DNA of 62,619 nt, counting the filler, from Collodictyon triciliatum (taxonomy: Eukaryota), in the NCBI GenBank assembly GCA_043381765.1. It is 8 parts of 8 records of this genome, joined end to end, with 100 filler letters (N's around TTAATTAATTAA, not from the genome) between each part and the next. Parts side by side here need not be neighbours in the genome. Positions count along the whole stretch, not along the records: positions 28,544 to 37,952 come from JBHJMP010003025.1; positions 38,053 to 47,460 come from JBHJMP010003026.1; 6 more parts are not named here. One strand, written 5' to 3'. The position numbers and the translations under genes were made by a program. The notes beneath the pieces are model-generated. The model made no database searches, had not been told where the DNA came from, and saw only the letters and a program-made list of their open reading frames with translations. Of this stretch, positions 31,601 through 45,300 are shown piece by piece (position 1 is the first letter of the stretch; each line of letters opens with the position of its first letter).

Positions 31601-32997
31601 CGTCAGATGATACAAATATAAATCTTTGGTCAACATCTACATGGTCCGTTCTGCATATTTTTGCAGGCCATCAACACGGTATAGGAAGGTGCATATTTTC
31701 TCCAGATGGAAAATGGATAGCCTCCTCTAGCGATGATATGACTGCAAGAATTTGGGACGTTGAATCAAAAGATTGTAAAATGATTCTGAGAGGACATCAG
31801 AAACAGGTGTGGTGTTGCGCTTTCTCTCCTGACCAAACAAAACTTGTCACTGCATCCGCTGACTGCACAATATTTGAATGGATAATCTCAAGGACATCAC
31901 ATAATTCAGTCTTGAAAGATATAAGTCTGTCTCGGTGCCTTGAGTTCCAAAAAAGTATTAGTGAAGGGAATTGGTCAGAGTTTATTTTGTTCTGCATTCA
32001 GACGGAGTCCTTTCCAACGAATGATAACATTACGACTATGAGGTGGTCTTTATGGGAGATCTGGAAGTTTTGTGATGAAATGCTGATGTTCTTGGATACA
32101 AAAAACGATCTGCCTATGTATAACCCACTTTCAAAGGAGGGATCTCATAATTATGAAAGGGGAAGAAATTGTAATGGAGGGTCACCAAATAACGAACAAA
32201 CAGTGTCATCCAACTACAAAGAAAAAGCTAAATCCCTGACAAACGAGTTATTTTTCAAGGCTCAGAAAGATTGGGCCACCCTGAAAGACATATTATGGAG
32301 TGGAGACTTGGACTCATTAAATGGATTGCACTTGCTTAATTTTTTTGTGATGTTAGGTGTTCAAATTTCGGACCGATATAATTTTCTGAGTCAGGATTTG
32401 AGCTCTGAAAATTTGTTTGAAATTGATGGCAACGAGGCTATAAAGGAACTTGGGGTGTCTTCTATCGGATGCTTCAATCGCATTTGTCGCGTCATCCGAT
32501 ATATAGGCATGGGATTTGGAAATGTTGTTCTGTTGCCATTCCTGAGCAACCCTATACATACTGTTCCGTTTGCTTTTGATGTTATATTAAGGAATTCCAC
32601 ACAGTTACCTCATTTTTGGTCGATTGATGATGTTAGTGTTTGGCTTGCAAGTATCGGGGCCCATGAGTCTTCCCTATTAAACAAAAAAGTTAGACTTTGT
32701 GGAAATGATTTAGTAACTTTACCTGTTGACCAGTGGACAAGCTATTTCAATACTAAGGATGTCTGCGAAATTGAATACATAAAATCTGGGTGGAAAGAGT
32801 TTCAGATCCCTTACACGAGTATGAAGTCGCTACCAATTGACTATAGTTGTCAAAACTGTAAGCAAAATGAGTCGACAATAGTCTTGCTTCCTTGTGGCCA
32901 TCTTATCCTATGCGAAAGTTGTTCTGATTTGGTCAATACGTGCCCAGGATGCAAGCGCGAAATTGGAGAGAAAAAGAAAGTTTTCTTTACAGCATAA
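28682..32997 (+). CDS. Multi-propeller WD40 protein with SAM-like domains and C-terminal RING finger; exons 28682-29575 and 29977-32997 (about 1304 aa)
   Basis: About 20 GH...WD repeats. SAM-like segments (IKELGVSSIG; WSIDDVSVWLASIG). RING CQNC...LLPCGHLILCESC...CPGCK. A single phase-0 GT-AG intron. Confidence 0.85.
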
Positions 32998-33989
32998 TAT
33001 GACTGCAAAAGGTAATATAACTTAAAATCAACCATATATCATATCTAACTAATTGTATCAAGTTTAAAGCATAATGTAATATTGCACGTTCTGTAAAAAC
33101 AACATTAATTTTTCTGCACAAAGGTATTTCAACAGCGCGTGGAACTATTCAACAAAATCACGAAAATTTCCTCAAAAAAATAAAACAATAAGTGTTTCTG
33201 GAATTACAATTAAATAATTTTTCAATATTCATTTCTTCATTTTCTCTTTTTCTTTTTTCTTCCCTTTTTTCCCTTTTCCCCTTTTCCCCTTTTCCCCTTT
33301 TCCCCTTTTCCCTTTTCCCCTTTTTCCTTTTTCCCCTTTTTCCTTTTTCCCCTTTTTCCTTTTTTCCTTTTTTATTCCCTTTTCCTATTTTCACTCCTTT
33401 TTTTAAGCCCATAAAATCACATAAATACATGCTGGTGCTGTGTTGTTTCATCTGTGTGTAATTATTCGAATCTTGCTGAGGCCCATAGCTACCCGGCTTC
33501 TTTGCAGTAACATCGAATACAACCAAAGAAAGTTCATGAGAATTGCTGAGAAGGAATTGATAAATTAAAAAGTTAAATAAACAAAGAAGGAAACCTATAA
33601 GTAGCGAAACCGCATCGAGAAAATATGTCCAGGTTTCGTATTTTTTTATCTATTTAAATATAAATTAATTATTCCTGATGGTACTCTCGATATTTGTTTA
33701 TGTTCGTATTCATAGTGTTTTTTTTTTTTACTTAGTATCGCCCTTTATCGATTTTTTTATTCTTTCAATTTTGTGCAGGATGGTGGAGATATTGGCCTCG
33801 GTTCGCTCGGCATCCATTGCTATTCATCGATAAACTGATTTTTTCCCCGTTAGAATTCATTAAAGATATATCTCTAGAGAGCAAGAACCCGTATCAGCCA
33901 ACACTCATGTAGATGTGAAGCAAGTCATTTTTATTAATGTAGGAATTGCTCGCAGCGATGTTGTTGATGTTGCTTTTTGCTTTTTGTTT

Positions 33990-36900
33990 TTAGGGAGTCT
34001 CGATATCACGGGACGACCTTGTTCCTTTCGATTTCACAATTCTGTACATCCAAACAATCACAAACGATGTCATGACCGAGTACACGATGTCTATGAATCC
34101 ACAATTTATTGAGATCACAAAGTTAGATTCCTTTACAACAGAGAACATGCGTTACCCCATTTCTACATTTACGGCCGGATATTAAAGAAAGAAAAATATG
34201 AATGACTTTTTACACTTTAAGACAACGAATGACGGGTAAATATAATTCGGCTCTTCAATTATTGTGTAAGTCCCTTGATTACCTGTAGGATTTCGTCATT
34301 AGTTGGATACAAGGGAAAATTATGACATTTGTCCCAGCTTAGAGAACACTTGTTCAAGCAATAACTTCATCGTTATAGATTACCATGGATATGCCGATTA
34401 CCTTGATGCACCAATCGGACGCATTCATTTTGTTTATGCGCTTCGTTCATGTCAAAGTTATCCACGTATGTTGGATACGTGTTGTTCTCATCCTCAAAAA
34501 GCATCGGGACAACGTTGTAATCGTATTCCCTCGAAAAAATATAGGGCTTTGTTGGTGATGGAGACCATGATGTCTCTTCATTGATCGGCGTCCGCGTGCT
34601 AGTATCATTTCTAGAATATCTTGAAAACTGTACAGAAAATCAATCACCAGAGCACTTTAAATTTGGATATTGGTCTATATTAATAAACTGAAAAAGAAAA
34701 AAGAAGACATATAAGATTTCAAATTTGAAGTATCAGACACGAAAATCATTTAAATCAATATCACGCTATATGGAAGATACAATAACAAATGTATTCCTAA
34801 CTGGACATTTGCTCAATCCCAGTAATGTTTCTAGGTAAATTCCTGGGTCTCCATTCTTTATCAACTCTGAGTGACATATGCTTCTTACAGTTGAGCAATG
34901 TTCCTTGCATAAAGGGATAGGATATATGACCTAATAATCCAAAAGAAAATAAAGGAATATATATAAGAGGAAACAATGGAATATATTATTATTATTATTA
35001 TATTGAAATATTGGGGAACATCTTTGAGGTGCAAAGTAGATAAAGCAAATTATTGTAAACCCATAGACATACATTAATATAAATGACATCAACATAATTC
35101 GAATGAAATGTATTATTCATATTTGTAAGAGTAAGTAAAAACCACTCTATTCCTTTTTTTTTTATTACTATGACTATGACTATGACTATGACTATGACTA
35201 TGACTATGACTATGACTATGACTATGACTATGACTATGACTATGGCTATTACTATGACTATGGCTATTACTATGACTATGACTATTACTATGACTATTAC
35301 TAATATTATTATTACTATTATTATTATTATCATCATCATTTTAAAAAAACTCACCTCTTTATTCATGGTGCAAAAAGGAAAATTTTGCGTACATATGAAT
35401 ATTTGAATTGCACTTTTACATCTTGAGGAAAGGCTTAATAAGTCCATTAATTGAAAAACTGGTTTAATGTCTGATTCAAGTTCCTTTGCAACAAGATCGG
35501 GGCGAATAGTAACCTAAATAATATTTCAATCAGAGAGAAAACGATTTTTTTTAATACTCTAATGGTTTATTTTTTTCCATTTTTTGGCTCGTTACCCTCT
35601 CGTATGGAATTGTATCGAGGCATATATCCAATGACGTGGAATTCTTCGATATACATTGATGGCTGGTGAGCTCAGTTTTGCACTCTACAGAAGTGGCTGG
35701 GGAGCCAATCTTGTTCTCAAAGCAAGAAACAACCCTGTCCTATGAAGTTATGCTATTATGATAAATATTTTCTCAGATATAAAAGTGCCTTGTTAATGAA
35801 ATGTGTGCATTAGATGAACGAAAACCAATTCTTGATGAACTCGAGACATCCCACAATAAGGTCGTCCTTTTGACTCTAACGCTGGGTAGTATGTCAAAAA
35901 ATTCAAACACATTTCATTTTGGGTAGATTCACCACCTATTACAGGTCTGCACGAAGCATTAAGTGAATGTAATGCCATCAAATAGAGAAAGAAAGAAAAG
36001 AGAGAAATGTAAATGTCACAACATAAATCGCAGCGTCAAAATTTCTTTAAAAATTTAAAAGCTAAATACAAGTCAGTACTAGTTTGTACAATGTCTCATG
36101 TTAAAAAAAAATACTCTGCTTTTCCACTGGAGTCATACACACATTTTGTTACGAGTCTATCACCCGGATGTATCGAAATTTTGTTGATAGGAACTGCTTC
36201 CTACATCATGATGAATAATTACTCCTTTTTTTTTTATTTGTGCGATTGAAAAGCACACGAAAATAGAAGAACGGTGAGAGTGCTGAATTACAGAAATGTG
36301 TTAATGAACTCACCTGCATACTAAAATCAAAGTTCATGTTGCGAACAATATCTGGTAGTCTCTTGCCACATCTATAGTGTTCAGTCCACAGCTGCCGTCC
36401 AAGTGAATGCATATGTGGAAAAGCTGTAAAAACTGTTATGGGATTTTCTTTCAACTCTCTTTCGGTGCACTGAACTGGGCATTCATTTGGTACCTGAGTT
36501 ATATTTCATTTTTTACAAGAAGTTAGTCTGATAAAAAAGAAGCATGTGGAACTCATAATAAAAAGCCTACGACATTTATTTTTCATGCGATTATCTATAC
36601 TGCTGTTCAATACCACAAAGTTTTGTTTTTTTGGAGGAATATATATCTCCATCGTTTCCATTCCCAAGGTGAGAATTGCAGCGTCATACTGTCGTAGATT
36701 TTCTGTATATATTATCTTCATACCTGAAGAGTCTCTGACACCGTGAGCCAGCTTTATTTATATAAGCATTAAAATTAGAAATGGTATATGGATAAGAACA
36801 AAAGTTATCGAAATATTGGGAAAGAGAACAAGATAACTAATCAATCTACTGCCTTCTAATAAACGGATTATGTGTATGAGGGGGTTATTTTTCTTGAGTG

Positions 36901-37786
36901 AAAATAATAGACTTACATCGGGATTGTTATAGTGAACCTGGAGAGCTACGTATACAAAATCATCTTTTCCGAAAGGCAATCCTGCTTCGGGTGGGAAGCA
37001 ATTAGAGCCGCTACCCTATTAACTAAATAATTAGTAATCGTGATTTCAATCGGACATGCGAAGGTTTAAATCGTCTTATTCATGTGCTCACAATAGCCCA
37101 GCCATTTATCATTGTCTGACAGTATCCTGGCATTGTGGTGCATGGAATAGGAACACCCCTACAGGAAGGTTGGTTATGTCTTTCACCTCAATAAACTTTT
37201 ACATTTTTCAATAATCGATCATTTTCGAAGAATTACGCAATATGTCCGAATTTTTTTTAATAATCTTTTCGTTTATTCGATTCAGAGAATTTTTTCTGAA
37301 ATTGTAATTCTACGGGGACAACATCACACTTCACAGTTCCCTTGAATCGAATAAAGGGGAAAAAATACACACTTACACAGTTATTGGTTGTTGGCAACCA
37401 TACAGAATCATATGGTGTATATATCTTGTTTTATCGACAACTGGGTCAAATCGTATTGCATGATACTTCATCTTGGAGGGGAGTTGGAATCCCCTATTTC
37501 GAATTTTTCGTAGATAAAAGGCGCTTCTTTTGTTTTCTATAGAAAATCTTGAATGGCTTGATGTGTTGCTTGTTGGTTCAAAAATATACTCACACGCAAA
37601 AATAAGAAGTCAACTCTGATGGTATTGTAATTCTGGGTAATATTATACTCGCTACTTGATCTATAATTGGATCGAATGTCAAGAATATATTCATGATGAG
37701 GTGAAATTGATCAGTCGAAAAATTACATCTTTCTTTTGGGTTTCCTTGGCACCATTCCCGTGCTTCAGCAGGAGGGACGTTATTTC
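33990..37786 (-). CDS. Copper type II ascorbate-dependent monooxygenase (DBH/MOXD1-like) with Frizzled-like CRD and C-terminal TM; 5'-truncated
   Basis: CuH ligands IHHMILYGC and LQVHYNNP; CuM ligands PHMHSLG and [10 protein letters not shown]. Then a Cys-rich Fz-like domain and a TM segment ([22 protein letters not shown]). Inferred stop at 33990-33992. Confidence 0.88.
35167..35300 (+). repeat. (ACTATG)n intronic repeat
   Basis: Direct reading; intron within the Fz-like domain. Confidence 0.93.
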
Positions 37787-37853
37787 CTGTGCAAAAGACA
37801 TTATTAACACTATAAACGATAGCAAAGACAAGAATAATTATAAAAATGACCAC

Positions 37854-37952
<99 letters not shown>

Positions 37953-38052
37953 NNNNNNNNNNNNNNNNNNNNNNNNNNNNNNNNNNNNNNNNNNNNTTAA
38001 TTAATTAANNNNNNNNNNNNNNNNNNNNNNNNNNNNNNNNNNNNNNNNNNNN

Positions 38053-41000
38053 AGCGCAGCTGGGCGGGGCGCACCTTTACCTGGAGCTGCTCCTGCAAGC
38101 GGCTTGATGCGCCCATCTTCACGCTCTGGTAGGCACTTAATAATGTATGTTTCTTAATATAAGACCCATCTATGTAATATATGTGATGTATGTGACGTAT
38201 GTGACGTATGTGATGTATGTGGTGTATGTGGTGTATGTGGTGTATGTGATGTATGTGATGTATGTGATGTATGTGATGTATGTGACGTATGTGATGTATG
38301 TGATGTATGTGATGTATGTGATGTATGTGATGTATGTGATGTATGTGATGTATGTGATGTATGTGATGTATGTAATGAACACTTGGTTCATTCCTTGACA
38401 CTTTGAATAAATACATCATATTGTTGCCTTCCTCAATTACCAGAGCTTATCTCCCACTTTAAGCCCTCATTCAGCTCCTATGCTTATCTTTAAACTTTTT
38501 TTTTTAAAAGCAACGCAGAGTGTTGTGCTCTTGACCAGCCAGTAACATGCCTATGATTTGCGTTATGTGTCATTTTCTCATCAATATTTTTTTTTCCCCT
38601 TTATCCGAAAGGCGCACCGCCCCAAACTGCTGGCCAAATGCGACCAGGAACATCTTCGATGGGCGCGCCTCCCGGGACTGCAAATCGCATGGGAACTGGA
38701 ATGCGCCCAGGCACGAAGGGACGTGGAATTCCTCTCGACCAAAGCGTTGGATTCAACTCTAATGTCCAAGTTGCAGAGCGCCCAGTCACACAGCAAGGAA
38801 TGATGGGAGTGCGTGTAGTCAGTGCGGGTTAGTTATCAGTTGTTCAAGCCAATTAGTCCAATAACATGATTTTGTGCCCACTCAATCCATTGTTATTTTT
38901 TTTTTTGTAATGATATTTTTTTCTTCGAGTTCTTTGAGATGTGCTGGATTTTTTTTTTTTTCGTGATCGATGGTTTGTGTGATGTAGGCCCTGGCCGTCA
39001 GATTCAGGACAGGTCCTTCTATCTGAATATCTTGCGTTCTCGTATTACTGACCTTGGAACGGAAAACGAAAAGATGACAAAGGAAGTGGACCAAACGCAG
39101 AAGAATAGCGAGGCAAATGCCAATTTGGATAAAAGGTGATTACTCTCTGTCCATCATATGTATATGCAGGTTCTCACTAGGCAGTTTAAAATAAGAGTAC
39201 TCATATTGGTATTTTTTTTTTTTACTTTGTCCATCTGGAAGATGAGATATTGCGACATAAGTCATATTTACTTATATACTACGCTTTTACATCGATATTC
39301 ATATATTAACAAACACTGGTATTACTGTACCGCACTTTAAGATACGATGCGCTCTGTCGCGAGGTTAAGGGATTGCAGAGTCAATTAGCTGACTACAATT
39401 TGCTAATGGAAAAAACCCGCCTTGGTGTTGAAATGTCTGAATTAGAGGNNNNNNNNNNNNNNNNNNNNNNNNNNNNNNNNNNNNNNNNNNNNNNNNNNNN
39501 NNNNNNNNNNNNNNNNNNNNNNNNNNNNNNNNNNNNNNNNNNNNNNNNNNNNNNNNNNNNNNNNNNNNNNNNNNNNNNNNNNNNNNNNNNNNNNNNNNNN
39601 NNNNNNNNNNNNNNNNNNNNNNNNNNNNNNNNNNNNNNNNNNNNNNNNNNNNNNNNNNNNNNNNNNNNNNNNNNNNNNNNNNNNNNNNNNNNNNNNNNNN
39701 NNNNNNNNNNNNNNNNNNNNNNNNNNNNNNNNNNNNNNNNNNNNNNNNNNNNNNNNNNNNNNNNNNNNNNNNNNNNNNNNNNNNNNNNNNNNNNNNNNNN
39801 NNNNNNNNNNNNNNNNNNNNNNNNNNNNNNNNNNNNNNNNNNNNNNNNNNNNNNNNNNNNNNNNNNNNNNNNNNNNNNNNNNNNNNNNNNNNNNNNNNNN
39901 NNNNNNNNNNNNNNNNNNNNNNNATAAATGAAAGAAGATGAAAATAAAAGATGAGAAAGAAAAGTATCAATATTTGTACCGATCAATCCTTTCCCTTGAA
40001 CTCCAAATCACATGCCACTAACTTTATCAGCACTAATATAATACCAGACGGAAGAAAAGCGTGAAAAGTACCAGCGACTCAAACGGGAAAATCTGGGATT
40101 ACAATCGACTCTTCAAGACAGACAAACAGAATACGACCGCGCATATAATCAACGAATGCAACTCGAGCAGCAGGTCAAGAAAGAACCCCTGAAGCAGCGC
40201 GTTAGTCAGCTGTACGACCAAATGCGCAATCTGCAAAAGCGAAAGACCGACGTAGAGCAGGAAATCGCCATGGTTACGATGAGCGGACCCGAAGACAGAG
40301 AAAAGCTCCTCCAACGCGTGCGTGACGACAACGCAGCCATCGCATCCATGGATAAAGAGTGCCAACAAATTAGAGATAAAATCGATACTCTTCGCGAGCA
40401 AATTGCAAACTTGGACATGATGATGGACGAGTTTGGTGGAGAAAAGAGCCGCAAGTTGGAGGAGCTGCAGGACCTTGACCGTGAAATGCAGACCTTTATT
40501 GATTCTTTTGAAGAAACAAGGCAAAAAGAGGCCGAGCAAAAAGCACGGTCACAGGAGCTCATCGCTTACCTGCTAACACAGGTTTCCAAGGTACTATTTC
40601 ATCCTTCTTTAATTTTATAAACGCGTTTATTTACGCATGTTCATTTAGTCCAAGCATTCATTATTTTTTTTTTTTACGCTTAAACCCAGTCCCTAGACCG
40701 CCAAACCGACATGCCGAGCGTTGACCGCTTCAAAGAAATGCAGGCTGATTTGGAATACAAGACAAAACAAATGGAGAATTCTCAGAGCACTTTCTCAAGA
40801 CTGCAAGAAGGTTTTTGAAAGTCTCTTGATCTTAAAGTATATGCTCAACTATTGTCATAGACAACTTTGTGTCGCACTTTACCACACAGCGCAAATAGAA
40901 TGCTATTTTATACATGAATGAATGCATATTCGCATATAAATGGATGTAGAGCACATCTTAAGAATGAACGAGTTGGAAAAGATCAAAAGCTTGGATTCCA

Positions 41001-41809
41001 AAATCGCAGTGGAGCTATCGACTCTGAACGAAAAAATGGAAACGATGAAGACGGAGTTGGTTACATTCTCGAATGTGGAGCAGCTAAAGGCAAACTACGA
41101 GACACAAAAGAAGGTAAACCTTGTAATTACAACATCATCCGTGCTGAAAGAAAGAATTTCTTTGCTCGTTAGTGAATGTGATAATCCAATAAGCCGTTTC
41201 TATCGCACACAACTTATCGCCTCAAATAATGGGAGCTGCCTACAAGAACTGTGAACCAAAAACAGCAATAGCAATGATTGTCTCATCTATTTCTTTTGTA
41301 TCATCCCGACAGAAACTCATCGCCGACAAACAGCGGTTGTCAAAACGACGAGATATTTTAAAGCAACAAACACAAACTCTTTCGTCTCGCTATGAAACAA
41401 AGAAGCAGCGCCTTTCAGAAGAAGATGCAGCAACACAGTTGGAAAGTCTGGAGCAAAAGCTGCGCCAAGTCCAACAAACAAACTTCCACCTGAATGAATG
41501 TAAGAAAAAAATAATCAAACGACCATCAAATCAAGGCGGTTTAAGTCCTATTGCATATCGATTACTCATCATTTATTTTGTCTCGCTCATACAACCGGAA
41601 AACACAATATATATTTTCCCAGGCCCTCAATAAAAGTATTATGTGTTAACGTATACACTGTCCAATTAAACTATTACTTTTCCTCTCTTCTCTTTTCTAA
41701 AGATATCTCTGGGAAGCTTCGAGAAAGTAACTACAAGCCCCAGGCCGAAAAGCTACGCAAGAAGGTCTCAGAAATCAACAAGATGCTCGTCCAAACAAGT
41801 CTCAAATAA
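38053..41809 (+). CDS. IFT74: Intraflagellar transport protein 74/72 (5'-truncated, internal N gap)
   Basis: Basic N-terminus with RPGT repeats and ERPVTQQGM, RQIQDRSFYL, LQSQLADYNLLMEK, then a long coiled coil ending ESNYKPQAEKLRKKVSEINKML. Confidence 0.9.
38178..38372 (+). repeat. (GTATGTGAT)n 9-mer intronic repeat
   Basis: Direct reading; first visible intron of IFT74. Confidence 0.93.
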
Positions 41810-42346
41810 GAGCGGTCGTATTATTGTTATTATAAGACGACGAATTCAAAGATGTCAAGGAAAAGAAAAAAAAAGAGTCATCACGATGACTTCTTTCATT
41901 CCATTTCCTTTCTTTTTTTTTTCTTCCTTGCGGTTGTCCACCATGATTCTTCCTGCTGCTTCCGACAATCAGAACTATTGGCGCACAATTAGAGATACCT
42001 GAGGAAGGCATATCCACACAAAATGTTGGACAAAATAAAGAACGAACATCGTTCCTCCTTCATCCGTTCTTTCTTTCTAATTCTTATATTACCTTTCGTT
42101 GATAATCTTAACTGCGGGCTTTTGATAGAAAGTACTCTCATATCTTCTCGTTTTCGTTATCAGTTTCCATTTTTCTTTTTGTTCCTTTCATTTTCTTCTT
42201 TTTTTTTTATTGCCATTCCTCTATTTATCCACCAGATATTAACCCATAAGAATGATTCTCCCACAGAATGAACTTTACGTGACGGAATTGATATGTGATT
42301 TATCACGGCGAGCGAGTAACCCACAAGGCATAAGCAAGAATGCAAC

Positions 42347-45300
42347 TCAGCCGCCAGCGCCGCCTGTCGGCAACACAGCAGTGTGATTCGCCCCTGGTAG
42401 ACTTGCTGCTGATTCGATCGGCAAATAATCAACATCCTCTCCATCACCGTTGTTGAGACTGACGATGAACGGGCTCTTTGTGTAATCTACAGAGTCACAC
42501 AATTGATGGCGAGAAACCAAGGATTGCGTAGAGGAAGCGGACGTGATTTCCATGGCCAGCAGACGGTGCCAGAGCGACCGGAAACCCTTTCGGAAGTACC
42601 GCGTCGTTACGACGATGACAAGCGAAAATACTATCAACACGATGCTGTTCACAAGAATCAGTAGAGACGAAAGCCAATCGCCGACTTGCAGAAACATTGC
42701 CAAAAGCCCACAAAAGAAAGAAAAGTAAATCACGTTCAAGCTCATCATTTCGAGCCAGTTTTCTAATGGAGAGACAAAGGGCCTGTTTCTGTGTTGGAGC
42801 CATAAACTTACCTATACATCAATCATTTATGATAATGCGCGATATAAACAACAAAAGTGAAATGAACCACATCACACCCATTACAAAACGAAACGAAACG
42901 AAACGAAACGAAACAAAACAAAACAAAACAAATAAAAAAGACATAAATCAATAAATAGGATGATGCATGTTGACAATATATGCTAAAATAATCAAATTGT
43001 CGACTGGTTTGCCTACCTGTAAAATTAAGAATAAAAGGATAAAGAGCAAAGATGGAGACGAGTATGGAGCTATGCTAGATATAAGACTGAATAGGATTCT
43101 TCTTGCCATGAGAACCAGTTCCCAGTAATGATAGTCCTATACAGCATAAATGCCATTGATATGAAGCTGCTCACGCATTTTATAGCAAACGAAACAAAAC
43201 TAAACCAAGCCAAAAGTAACATATAATAATAAACAACTTAAGTGTAATGTAGTATCTCATTTTCATTAATAACTAAAAGAATGGCCATAGAATGTAGGCG
43301 AAATGATGCAATTAAATTACTTACATCTTTGTAACACATGTAAAGGAAGCCGTAGCGGTGTTTTGTTGATTTTGACTCTTGATTTCTCTTGGAATGGGCC
43401 AATATGTAATAAATGACAACAGGGACAAGTATGATGTAGAGAAATAAAACAGGCATGGCCAAAGAAAGAAGATTGGCATAGTCTTCACTATATGGCTTGC
43501 AACGAATCCACGGATAAGAGTTCAAATACCACTCTCCATTTCCTTGGTTATGAATCGTGCAGCCAAAAGTGTTAAAAACTTCCCTGGCTGTAGAGAAATA
43601 CAGCATTTGAAACAAAAACAGTGCGATGAAGATGACCTGGATATTCGAATTGATTTTTCAAAATATCTCATTCATCTGATGAAATAAATATATATCAATT
43701 TTTCAATTTCACTCATGTCTTCTGATAAGAAAAAAAGACAAAAAAGAAGACAAAAAAGAAGACAAAAAAGAAGACAAAAAAGAAGACAAAAAAGAAGACA
43801 AAAAAGAAGACAAAAAAGAAGACAAAAAAGAAGACAAAAAGAAGACAAAAAAGACAAAAAAAAAAGTTACTGACCTTGTCCTTTTTATCATTTTCGTCGA
43901 CCACACGCAAAACGATAATCATGATGGAAAGAATAAAGGGCAGGCGAACAAAGCTGTAAACAAATGTCATAAATACGTCGGAATCACCTAAGATACATTC
44001 ATAACCAGGGAGATTGAAGCTGGAAAGAGATACTATGGAATCAAGAAGCTGATGTGCGTTTCCATATCGAAGTAATGGAGTCGACAAAATGCTCAAAGTT
44101 TGGACGTGGAATAAAAATATCTTGAATATCCCTGTTTTATCCAATCTTTTTAAAAGGAAATAAACAATTTTCCTCGTAAATAAAACAATAAATCAAATGC
44201 TTCATATAATCTAAACAAAGACATGTGACAAATATACAAACCAGTGACATGAGCAGATGCAGTCCACAGGTGTACAAGTAACATGCACAGCAGGATTGGA
44301 ATCAAAATCAGCAAAACATATGTAGAATATTCTGGACATTTGACACACTTCCTTCCTTGAGATGCATACCCAACACCACATTTAGAGCAAAGATGGTCCT
44401 GATAACCAGGGGCACATTCGAATTCATTCTTCTCATCAGGGTTACAGGCGGGAGGAAACGGGCAGGGTACGATGTGTGTGATGTTTTCTCGGTTCGGGGT
44501 CGCAGCACAATATGCCAGGGCAGTTCCCAATGAGCATTCACATTCTTTTGGACATTCAAGGCATGCACTTCCTGAGCCATAGTAATTCGGTAGACATCGA
44601 CAATATGAATGTTGATAATAAGCCGGATCAATTTTGACCATGCTAAATCTACCAACCCCTGCAATATTCGGGCAAATGAAGAGGTCATCATCTTTGGACA
44701 GCTGAAAGACATTTGTTGGATTTAAAAACCTCGGTAGCTTAGGCCCATCCGGCGAAGAGGTCATATTCGTCAAGTGAATATCGAGCGCCTCCATTTTGGT
44801 GAAAAGACTGAAGGTGTCAGGAATAGGCCCGGTGATGGGGTTGTTTGAAATGTTTAGCTCTCTCCACTCCATGACATATGGGACAGGGTCAATACCGTTG
44901 ATGAGATTTGATGAAATATCAAGCACCTCGGTATTACCAAGCATATAATATGTCATCAAATCCATATATCCCATGAGTTGATTACCACTGACATAAATGT
45001 TTTTGATATTGTAGACAAGAGAAGCGTCTGTTGTAGGGAATAAGAAAACGCGAAAATCTGAGTTGAACTGGTTGTTTCTCAAGTCTACCGTGATCAGATT
45101 CGAGAGACCCCAAAAATATGGTGGAATGTTTCCTTCCAGTTGATTTTCGGATAAATTAATAGTAACCAGCGTGTTTAGTATTTGATAAGTCGTCGGAATA
45201 CTTCCTATGATTTTGTTGTTTCCAAAATTAAGGTTTTGAATACTTTTTAAATGAGATAGTGAAGGCAACGTCCCTTGAATTTGATTTGAACTTAAATCAA

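Noticed and set aside
38178-38372. Regular short repeats as a CRISPR or telomeric array
   Set aside because: Head-to-tail 9-mers without spacers inside an IFT74 intron, and not terminal.
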